DNA of 64,000 bases from an uncultured Ruminococcus sp. (GTDB taxonomy: Bacteria > Bacillota > Clostridia > Oscillospirales > Ruminococcaceae): contig CADALT010000001.1 in NCBI GenBank assembly GCA_902788785.1, forward strand, positions 325,238 to 389,237. Reading direction: 5' to 3'. This document shows, in pieces, positions 57,179-64,000 of this stretch. The notes beneath the pieces were generated by a model. It had not been told where the DNA came from. It did not search any database and saw nothing but the letters and a program-made list of their open reading frames with translations. The translations under genes and the position numbers were made by a program. Each line of letters starts with the position of its first letter. The first letter of the stretch is position 1.

Positions 57179-59836
57179 TTACTTTATGAACTCACCTGCG
57201 ATCTCGGCAGCCTTTTCAAGCGCTGCACCGATGAGGGAAATGTCGCCCACACCTGCCATTGCAGAATCGGGACGTCCGCCGCCCTTGCCGTTGGTCAGTG
57301 CTGCTATCTTGCCTGCTATCTTACCTGCGTGTGCGCCCTTAGCTACAGCATTCTTGCCGCAGGCTACGACGATGTTGCCCTTTTCGCCATTGACAGCAGT
57401 CATAACTACCACTGCATCATCGTTGGATGCTTTGAGTTCATCAGCCATCTTTCTGAGGACATCGGGCTTTACGCCGTCCATCTGTGCAGTCGCAACAGCT
57501 GCACCGTTCACATCGACTGCGTTATCCAGTACGGACTTAGCTCTCATATTAGCCATTGCAGTCTCCAGAGAATCTCTCTCCTTCTCCAGACTCTTTATCT
57601 CCTGCATAACAGCGCCGCAGCGGTTTACAAGTTCCAAAGGATTACCGAGTTTGAGTGTCTCGGCTGCCTTATTGATAGTCTCGGCATTGTTGTTGAGCAG
57701 TTCAAGCACGCCTGTACCTGTTACAGCTTCAACTCTTCTTACGCCCGAAGCTACGGAGTTCTCGGAAATTATCTTGAACAGACCTATCTTCGAGGTATTA
57801 TCCAGGTGTGTACCGCCGCAGAACTCGATGGATGCAGCGTTATCCTTAGCACCCATGGTAACTACTCTTACAGTCTCACCGTACTTCTCACCGAACAGTG
57901 CCATAGCACCCAGCTTCTGTGCCTCAGCAATGGGCATTTCTTCCATGGTGATATCCAGTGCATCGAAGATATACTGATTTACCAGTGCCTCTACCTGTGC
58001 CTTTTCTTCAGCTGTCATAGCCTCGAAGTGTGAGAAGTCAAATCTCAGTCTCTGGCTGTCTACCAGCTGACCTGCCTGATGTACGTGGTCGCCCAGTACA
58101 GTTCTCAGTGCAGACTGCAGCAGGTGTGCGCAGCTGTGGTTTCTCATGGTAGCGAGACGCTTAGCCTTATCGACCTTAAATGTCACCTGCTGACCCTTTG
58201 TCAGCGCACCCTCTGTTACCCTGACCTTCAGTGCGAACTTGCCGCCCACAGCCTTCTGGGTATCGAGCACTTCTGCCTTGCCTGTAGCTGTCTCGATGAC
58301 ACCTGTATCACCTGTCTGTCCGCCGCTCTCAGCATAGAAACAGGTTTGGTCGGGCACGATGTAAACAACGTCCTCAACACCTGCATTCTCGATGAGGTCC
58401 TCATCATTTGCAAGGTAAGCTATAACGCCTGTATCCTCGGTCTTATCATAACCTGTGAACTTAGTGGAGACATTCTTATCTATCTTATGGAATACAGTTT
58501 CCTCAGCGCCCATATAGCCCTGGGATTCTCTTGCACCACGGGCAGTTTCTCTCTGCTTCTCCATGCAGGCAGCATAGCCTTCTTCATCAGCAGAAAGTCC
58601 CTTTTCCTCCAGTATCTCTCTGGTCAGGTCAAGCGGGAAACCGTAGGTATCGGAAAGCTTGAAGCAGCTTTCACCGTCGAGCACCTTTTCGCCCTTTTTG
58701 CTAAGATCGTCAATATACTCATCAAGTATCTTCATACCTCTGTCGATGGTCGCATTGAAGTTCTGCTCTTCGGTGGTCAGCACCTTAACGATGTAATCAT
58801 ACTTCTCTTCAAGCTCGTTATACTCGCACTTGTTGCAGTCAACTACAGTCTTGACGATATCCTTGAGGAACAGACCGTTGATACCCAGAAGCTTGCCGTG
58901 ACGTACAGCACGTCTTAACAGTCTTCTCATTACATAGCCTCTGCCCTCGTTGGAAGGAAGTATACCGTCGGAAGCCATGAATGTTACCGCACGAATATGG
59001 TCGGTGATAACACGTATGGAAACGTCCTTCTTATACTCCTTGCCGTACTCACAGCCTGCTATCTTGCAGATGTGGTCACGGATAGCCTTAACTGTATCAA
59101 CATCGAAGATGGAGTCAACGCCCTGCATGAGTGCAGCAAGTCTTTCAAGACCCATACCTGTGTCGATATTCTTCTGTGCAAGAGGTGTATATGTGCCGTC
59201 CTCATGTCTCTCGAACTGTGTGAACACCAGGTTCCAGAACTCCATATACCTGTCGCAGTCACAGCCTACGCCGCAGGTAGGCTTGCCGCAGCCGTACTTT
59301 TCGCCACGGTCAAAATATATCTCGGAGCAAGGACCGCAGGGACCGTCTGTACCTGCCTCCCAGAAATTATCTTCCTTACCCATACGAACGATATGATCCA
59401 TAGGTACGCCGATATCCTCGTGCCAGATCTTTTCAGCCTCATCGTCGTCCTCGTATACGGAAACGTGCAGTCTGTCAACAGGCAGCTTGAGGACTTCCGT
59501 AACATATTCCCAAGCCCAAGCGATAGCTTCCTTCTTGAAATAGTCACCGAAGGAGAAGTTACCCAGCATCTCGAAGTATGTACCGTGTCTTGCGGTCTTG
59601 CCCACGTTCTCGATATCGCCTGTTCTGATACACTTCTGGCAGGTGGTCATCCTTGCTCTGGGCGGTACCTCCTGACCTGTGAAATAGGGCTTCAGGGGAG
59701 CCATACCTGCAACTATCAGCAGAAGGCTCTTATCATTCTGCGGAACAAGAGGATAGCTCTTATGTCTGAGACATCCCTTGCTCTCAAAAAATTTCAGATA
59801 CGACTCTCTGAGGTCGTTAAGACTTGTCCACTCCAT
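57179..59836 (-). CDS. alaS: Alanine--tRNA ligase
   Basis: 885 aa with class II motifs, the editing-domain HSCAHLL...CGGTH, and a C-terminal DHHA1-like domain. Only 25 nt separate it from the upstream vWA gene. Confidence 0.97.
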   Translation of the reverse strand: MEWTSLNDLRESYLKFFESKGCLRHKSYPLVPQNDKSLLLIVAGMAPLKPYFTGQEVPPRARMTTCQKCIRTGDIENVGKTARHGTYFEMLGNFSFGDYFKKEAIAWAWEYVTEVLKLPVDRLHVSVYEDDDEAEKIWHEDIGVPMDHIVRMGKEDNFWEAGTDGPCGPCSEIYFDRGEKYGCGKPTCGVGCDCDRYMEFWNLVFTQFERHEDGTYTPLAQKNIDTGMGLERLAALMQGVDSIFDVDTVKAIRDHICKIAGCEYGKEYKKDVSIRVITDHIRAVTFMASDGILPSNEGRGYVMRRLLRRAVRHGKLLGINGLFLKDIVKTVVDCNKCEYNELEEKYDYIVKVLTTEEQNFNATIDRGMKILDEYIDDLSKKGEKVLDGESCFKLSDTYGFPLDLTREILEEKGLSADEEGYAACMEKQRETARGARESQGYMGAEETVFHKIDKNVSTKFTGYDKTEDTGVIAYLANDEDLIENAGVEDVVYIVPDQTCFYAESGGQTGDTGVIETATGKAEVLDTQKAVGGKFALKVRVTEGALTKGQQVTFKVDKAKRLATMRNHSCAHLLQSALRTVLGDHVHQAGQLVDSQRLRFDFSHFEAMTAEEKAQVEALVNQYIFDALDITMEEMPIAEAQKLGAMALFGEKYGETVRVVTMGAKDNAASIEFCGGTHLDNTSKIGLFKIISENSVASGVRRVEAVTGTGVLELLNNNAETINKAAETLKLGNPLELVNRCGAVMQEIKSLEKERDSLETAMANMRAKSVLDNAVDVNGAAVATAQMDGVKPDVLRKMADELKASNDDAVVVMTAVNGEKGNIVVACGKNAVAKGAHAGKIAGKIAALTNGKGGGRPDSAMAGVGDISLIGAALEKAAEIAGEFIK

Positions 59837-59861
59837 TATTTATCTTTCCTTTCAAAATAAA

Positions 59862-60728
59862 TTATTCCAATATATCCAATATAACATCAAGCACTTCGCC
59901 CACTGCACCGGCAAAGCGTGAAAACTTAGCATATCCGCTGTTCTCGATAGGATCGTTATCAGCAAGTTCGCCAAGCTTTTTAAGATGTTTCTTGTTAAGC
60001 TTTTTAAGTTTATCGGGATCGGCTATCATTTCCTTGACCTGCGGATAGCTTAGCCATTTGGGGTATTCGTCCAGCAGCTTTGCATAAAGCTCTGCATCGT
60101 CCATGATATTTGCATCAGCCAGATCTTCGATAGCAAAGAAATTTGCGTTATCCACATATCTGCCCTTCATCTCATCAAGCTTGCGCAGATAAGAAAAAGC
60201 ATTTTTCCTTGTATTGCCTATGCCCACGAACTGGAAGAATATGGGCAGATAAGAGATATGCTTTATGGCTTCGTCAGTGGCGTTAACATCAGCATTATCA
60301 CCATCGGTAATAAATATAACATATGTAGGCAGCCGGGCAGGTTCTTCCTCTGCAAAATACCGCCCCACATCACCGATAACAGGCGAATAATACGTACCGC
60401 CGTTGGCTTCTATCTTATTATCCTTTATGTAGTTATAGAAATTGACCCTCGTCATCGGCGGATACCGCTTGAACTTATGGTCAAAAGTCCATACCTCCAT
60501 CGAACCGTCATCATCAAATGCCATCGCAAGAGGCAAAAGCCTTTCAAGAGTCGCCTGAACGGCACCCGAATCAAAGGCTTTCTTCATCGACCCCGAAACA
60601 TCGAGCACCACCGCCACACGGGATACCGGACCGCTCATATTATTTTTGGTCAGGCACACCTTTTTGATAGTTTCTTTGCGCAGGTCAAGACGTTCTTCCG
60701 ACTCGGCTTTCGTAAGTCTGACACTCAT
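59862..60728 (-). CDS. von Willebrand factor type A (vWA) domain protein
   Basis: MIDAS motif VVLDVSGSM and later ITDGDN. The start is set at ATG 60728 (gacggaggtgagctgATG), just after the T-box terminator. Confidence 0.75.
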   Translation of the reverse strand: MSVRLTKAESEERLDLRKETIKKVCLTKNNMSGPVSRVAVVLDVSGSMKKAFDSGAVQATLERLLPLAMAFDDDGSMEVWTFDHKFKRYPPMTRVNFYNYIKDNKIEANGGTYYSPVIGDVGRYFAEEEPARLPTYVIFITDGDNADVNATDEAIKHISYLPIFFQFVGIGNTRKNAFSYLRKLDEMKGRYVDNANFFAIEDLADANIMDDAELYAKLLDEYPKWLSYPQVKEMIADPDKLKKLNKKHLKKLGELADNDPIENSGYAKFSRFAGAVGEVLDVILDILE

Positions 60729-60743
60729 CAGCTCACCTCCGTC

Positions 60744-60993
60744 AAACAAAAACAGCCCCGCCCCTTAATATGGGACGAAGCTGATGACTCCGTGATACCA
60801 CCCAAATTGACCGTGTAATACTCTAAGCACAACACAGCCCACTCGACATCTTTAACGCAGACATACGTCACTGTTTTCACAGTGCAAGCTCAGGTCAGCC
60901 ACCGCTGCTCAGACAGGAGCTTTCACCGACCGCTCCCTCTCTGTTAGTCCTCACCCTGCGGATAATTCCGTCACAGCATTTACATATACATTT
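60744..60993 (-). ncRNA. T-box riboswitch leader, probable alanine (GCU) specifier
   Basis: The minus strand carries AGAGAGGGAGCGGUCGGUGAAAGCUCC (stem I distal region). A candidate specifier GCU lies at 60897..60899 in ..GGUGGCUGACCUG.. The T-box sequence AAUUUGGGUGGUAUCACGG is at 60790..60808. A 12-bp terminator CAGCUUCGUCCC/GGGGCGGGGCUG plus UUUUUGUUU spans 60744..60783. Confidence 0.8.
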
Positions 60994-61022
60994 ATTATAT
61001 ACGAAAATGCCATATTTGTCAA
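60994..61022 (-). promoter_or_regulatory. Consensus sigmaA promoter driving the T-box leader
   Basis: Minus strand reads TTGACA (61017..61022), a 17-nt spacer, then TATAAT (60994..60999). Confidence 0.75.
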
Positions 61023-61061
61023 GGGTCGGCGAGCATATTTTTAGGATGTTGATCTATGAGA

Positions 61062-61373
61062 TCACCACTCCTCGATCAGCGGCGAGCCAAGGCACTTTTC
61101 AAGAGACGCAAGTATATTTCTGACAAGGTCATCGTTATCGCTCAGGTCGGAAGTGACCACAGGGATATAATTTGTCTTGTCGGGTAAGATATCCCTCTCG
61201 GAATTAAAACTGTTCCTGTCTTTGACCATAAGCAGGGATATACTTATGAAAGGCTGCTCAACTGCAAAATCATGACCGTTCTCGGAACTAAGCCCGTGAC
61301 TTTCAAGCAGCTGACGCACAGGTGCTATATCCCAATAACTGTCAGTCTCAAAGTGATAATAGTTATACATCAC
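61062..61373 (-). CDS. Hypothetical protein translationally coupled to cysK
   Basis: 103 aa. The start overlaps the cysK stop (ATGA). No recognisable motif. Confidence 0.5.
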   Translation of the reverse strand: MMYNYYHFETDSYWDIAPVRQLLESHGLSSENGHDFAVEQPFISISLLMVKDRNSFNSERDILPDKTNYIPVVTSDLSDNDDLVRNILASLEKCLGSPLIEEW

Positions 61374-62296
61374 TCAAAAAGCGGAGTGGAGAAATATCTC
61401 TCTGCGGTATCGGGAAGAATTGTAACAACGGTCTTGCCCTCGCCCAGCTTTTCAGCCAGTTTGAGTGCCGCAGCCACATTCGTACCGCTGGAGATGCCGC
61501 ACATTATCCCCTCTTTCGAGGCGAGATCTTTAGCGGTCTGTATAGCCTCCTCATCGGTGACGATATAGATCTCATCATAGATATTCTGATTAAGTATATC
61601 GGGAATGATGCCGTCGCCAATGCCCATCTGCAAATGAGTACCTATCGTTCCGCCTGCGAGTATAGCCGCATTTTCAGGCTCTACCGCCCATATCTCCAGA
61701 TCGGGATACTGCGCACGGAGAGCTTCGCCTATACCTGTGATAGTTCCGCCTGTACCGATACCCGAGCAGAAACCGTCTATCTTGCCTGCGGTCTGCTCCA
61801 TTATTTCAAGGGCAGTGTGGTACTTGTGGGCATACACGTTATTAGGATTGGCAAACTGCTGTGGAACAAAAACGTTCTTGTCCTGTTCAGCCATACGCAG
61901 GGCTGTATCAAGGCACTCCTGAATGCAGGCACCGATATCGCCGTCATCATGTATCAGCTTGACTGTTGCACCGTAGTGCTCCACCAGCTTGCGCCTTTCC
62001 TCGCTGACCGAGTCGGGCATGATGATGACAGTCTTATAGCCACGCACAGCGCCCACCAGTGCAAGGCCTATGCCCTGATTGCCGCTGGTAGGTTCAACGA
62101 TGATGGTATCCTTGTTTATCAGACCCTGCTTCTCGGCATTTTTTATCATGTTATAAGCAGTCCTGGTCTTGATAGAACCGCCCACGTTCAAGCCCTCAAA
62201 TTTCACAAGCACTTCGGCATTGCCGGGCTTGTTCATACGGTTCAGTCTTATCATCGGGGTATGCCCGAGGGCTTCAAGCACGTTGTTGTAAATCAT
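61370..62296 (-). CDS. cysK: Cysteine synthase A (O-acetylserine sulfhydrylase)
   Basis: 308 aa. GHTPMIRLN, PLP-lysine region NVGGSIKTR, TSGNQGIGLA, GIGTGGTITG. Confidence 0.95.
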   Translation of the reverse strand: MIYNNVLEALGHTPMIRLNRMNKPGNAEVLVKFEGLNVGGSIKTRTAYNMIKNAEKQGLINKDTIIVEPTSGNQGIGLALVGAVRGYKTVIIMPDSVSEERRKLVEHYGATVKLIHDDGDIGACIQECLDTALRMAEQDKNVFVPQQFANPNNVYAHKYHTALEIMEQTAGKIDGFCSGIGTGGTITGIGEALRAQYPDLEIWAVEPENAAILAGGTIGTHLQMGIGDGIIPDILNQNIYDEIYIVTDEEAIQTAKDLASKEGIMCGISSGTNVAAALKLAEKLGEGKTVVTILPDTAERYFSTPLFE

Positions 62297-62328
62297 AGTA
62301 TTTCGCTCTACTTTCTATGTTTCCTCTT

Positions 62329-62359
62329 AAAAACCAAAAACCTCACGCTAAGGTGAGGT
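62329..62359 (-). terminator. Intrinsic terminator inside the cysK 5' leader (attenuator candidate)
   Basis: The minus strand reads ACCUCAC-CUUAGC-GUGAGGU, then UUUUUGGUUUUU. It lies ~35 nt upstream of the cysK ATG and ~45 nt downstream of the promoter. Confidence 0.6.
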
Positions 62360-62402
62360 ATCATTGTTTCAGAGAGTATTCCGCCGCACACACGGCTTAT
62401 AT

Positions 62403-62431
62403 ATTATACTACATTTATAGATTTTTGTCAA
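62403..62431 (-). promoter_or_regulatory. Consensus sigmaA promoter of cysK
   Basis: Minus strand reads TTGACA (62426..62431), a 17-nt spacer, then TATAAT (62403..62408). Confidence 0.75.
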
Positions 62432-62460
62432 ATAGAAACAGAGCCCCCGAAGGAGCTCTG
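62430..62460 (-). terminator. Rho-independent terminator after the DUF4230-like gene
   Basis: Minus strand reads CAGAGCUCC-UUCG-GGGGCUCUG, followed by UUUCUAUUU. Confidence 0.75.
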
Positions 62461-62476
62461 TCTTCAGCTAAGTACA

Positions 62477-63121
62477 TCATTTAAATACTACTGTATAGTC
62501 CTTTGTTTTATCTGACACTGTCAGAAAATCCTTCAATACATTTTGCGTATTTTCGGTAACAGAATCAAAGAACTCTTCATCTTCCGATAATTGCTTTTCT
62601 TTTTGTTCTTTCAATTCGCCCATCAGATCCGAATAATCTTCAAGGTTGGTCTCTGTAAAAATTGAGTTTTTAACATCAAAAAACTTAAAATCTTTTTCAT
62701 TCATTTGATGTGATAATATTTTAGGTTCAGGCAAAGTTATTGTAATTCTTTTATCTGTATCATCTATTTGATATTTGACCTCAGAAATATCAATACCTGC
62801 ACTGATAATGCCGCTATATGTAAAAACAACTTTATCAGTTGTAAAAGGTACTTTAACACCAAATGCAGATTTGCTCTGTTCATAGATATCAGCATCCGTG
62901 TAGCAATATTTCATAGATACAAGTTCACTTGCAGGTTTTAAAATTTCCTCTAAAGTTATCATGGTCAGTGCTTCATCTGCTTTTATTGCAGCTTTGTCCG
63001 CAGACTTCTTTCTGTTCAAAGCACCAAACAGTATTCCAAATAAACCGAATAGCAACGCAATTACTACTACAACAATGGTTAATTTGTTTGTCCTTCTTAC
63101 TTGTACTGATTCTTTTTTCAT
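62477..63121 (-). CDS. Membrane-anchored protein, DUF4230-like
   Basis: 214 aa. N-terminal TM (LTIVVVVIALLFGLFGILFGAL) followed by a soluble domain. The family assignment is from memory of DUF4230 architecture. Confidence 0.5.
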   Translation of the reverse strand: MKKESVQVRRTNKLTIVVVVIALLFGLFGILFGALNRKKSADKAAIKADEALTMITLEEILKPASELVSMKYCYTDADIYEQSKSAFGVKVPFTTDKVVFTYSGIISAGIDISEVKYQIDDTDKRITITLPEPKILSHQMNEKDFKFFDVKNSIFTETNLEDYSDLMGELKEQKEKQLSEDEEFFDSVTENTQNVLKDFLTVSDKTKDYTVVFK

Positions 63122-63341
63122 GGCTTGATCCTCCTTAATATAAAAAAATTAGCATAACATACCAGAGCCGCATGGCTAAGATATATTACGCTTTATTAAC
63201 ATATTTAATTATTGAAGATATGCACACTAAACAAAGGCTTATATTAAAAAGCCCCCCCCGTTTACAAATCGTTAACATATGAGTTGTGTACATATTTCTC
63301 ACCTCAGCCACATTATACCACAGGTTTCACAAAAAGTCAAC

Positions 63342-63371
63342 AAAAAACTCCGCAGGCAAAAACCTACGGAG
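63342..63371 (-). terminator. Rho-independent terminator after tRNA-Ser
   Basis: Minus strand reads CUCCGUAGG-UUUUUG-CCUGCGGAG, followed by UUUUUU. Confidence 0.8.
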
Positions 63372-63382
63372 TCTAAAAACAG

Positions 63383-63471
63383 CGCAGATGGAGAGATTTG
63401 AACTCTCGCGACGGTATTCCCGCCCTACCGCATTTCGAGTGCGGACCCTTCAGCCACTTGGGTACATCTGC
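63383..63471 (-). tRNA. tRNA-Ser (anticodon CGA)
   Basis: Folded by hand into an 89-nt cloverleaf. Acceptor GCAGAUG/CAUCUGC. 3-bp D stem CCC/GGG. Anticodon stem CCGCA/UGCGG with loop CU-CGA-AA. Long variable arm. T arm GAGAG-UUCAAAU-CUCUC. Discriminator G. CCA is not encoded. Confidence 0.9.
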
Positions 63472-63542
63472 GTACTGTTTAAAACAGCTTATATATTATA
63501 TCACACTTTACAGAAAAAATCAAGCCCTTTTCAGGAATTTTT

Positions 63543-63896
63543 TTATTCTATAACAAGCTCATCATTCTCGCCGATATAAACGTGCTTGCCGACGATCTCT
63601 CTCAGTGCCTTGATCTTGTCCATGCTGTCCGCTGCGAATTCGAGATAACTTTCCGCAGAACCTATCAAGGAATAATCTTCATAATAGTCCTGCACGTAAA
63701 CATCATATTTACGCAGTATATCTTCCAGAGGACGCTGTGAGATATCGCTCGAATCCTCATGTTCACCGAACTCGGGCTCCTGCTCAAAAGAAAGGCTGGT
63801 AAAGAATATGCCCTCATATTCGTATATACCGTTTGCGACACACTTTACGCCCTCGGTGCAATATTTATCGGGATAATAGTCACGGATGTTCTTCAT
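63543..63896 (-). CDS. Hypothetical protein
   Basis: The ORF is 63543..63914. ATG 63896 (MKNIRDYY...) has GGAGG upstream (ggtcaggaggactattATG). Acidic, no recognisable motif. Confidence 0.5.
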   Translation of the reverse strand: MKNIRDYYPDKYCTEGVKCVANGIYEYEGIFFTSLSFEQEPEFGEHEDSSDISQRPLEDILRKYDVYVQDYYEDYSLIGSAESYLEFAADSMDKIKALREIVGKHVYIGENDELVIE

Positions 63897-63923
63897 AATA
63901 GTCCTCCTGACCAAATTTTTGTA

Positions 63924-64000
63924 CTATTCAGCAGAATCCATCAGCTGTACAGCCTTCATGAGTATGGCAACTTCAAGGCGCTTCTTCTGGATCTGGCAGG
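63924..64000 (-). CDS. 3' end of an unidentified gene running off the window
   Basis: The minus frame reads ...CQIQKKRLEVAILMKAVQLMDSAE* with its stop at 63924..63926. Too short to identify. Confidence 0.3.
   Translation of the reverse strand, partial: CQIQKKRLEVAILMKAVQLMDSAE

Noticed and set aside
59837-59861. A T-box or other leader directly upstream of alaS
   Set aside because: Only 25 nt separate alaS from the preceding vWA gene. The T-box is instead upstream of the vWA gene at 60744..60993.
63286-63579. The 97-aa plus-strand ORF
   Set aside because: It overlaps the tRNA-Ser gene and its terminator and promoter on the opposite strand, and has no RBS. It is spurious.

Overview
This 64-kb window looks like core chromosome from a spore-forming Firmicute, class Clostridia, possibly Ruminococcus/Oscillospiraceae-like judging by the protein sequences. 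The taxon is a guess. About 90% of the coding is on the minus strand. I saw no integrase, transposase, CRISPR array or rRNA. All homology calls come from motifs I recognise in the supplied translations; no database search was run.

Recognisable content:
- Translation and cell-cycle genes: rpsB, a ymxH-like gene, sigG, tmcAL-like, ackA, a two-domain PPK2, and a DnaD/DnaI-type helicase loader pair.
- An unlisted 26-aa spoVM.
- The conserved block thiN-rsgA-prkC-stp-rlmN-rsmB-fmt-def-priA-rpoZ-gmk-remA-yicC.
- glmS, a GH3 beta-glucosidase, rarA, an amidase, pyrB, comEC-holA, alaS, cysK and tRNA-Ser(CGA).

Items worth a second look:
1. A tightly coupled NAD/ADP-ribose operon at 3349..7802. It encodes nicotinamidase-like, Prs-like, NAMPT-like and PARG-like macrodomain proteins plus two small unknowns. 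It could be a chromosomal ADPR-to-NAD+ rebuilding module rather than plain NadV salvage.
2. An MBOAT/DHHW acyltransferase pair in which the signature catalytic histidines appear substituted in both partners.
3. An alanine-type T-box leader that sits in front of a vWA-domain gene preceding alaS, not in front of alaS itself.
4. Two interrupted small genes: a T6 homopolymer frameshift and an in-frame TGA.
5. A Spo0A-C-domain protein with a pseudo-receiver, divergent from sigG.
6. A PyrB carrying a fused PyrI-type zinc domain.
7. A short terminator-containing leader upstream of cysK.
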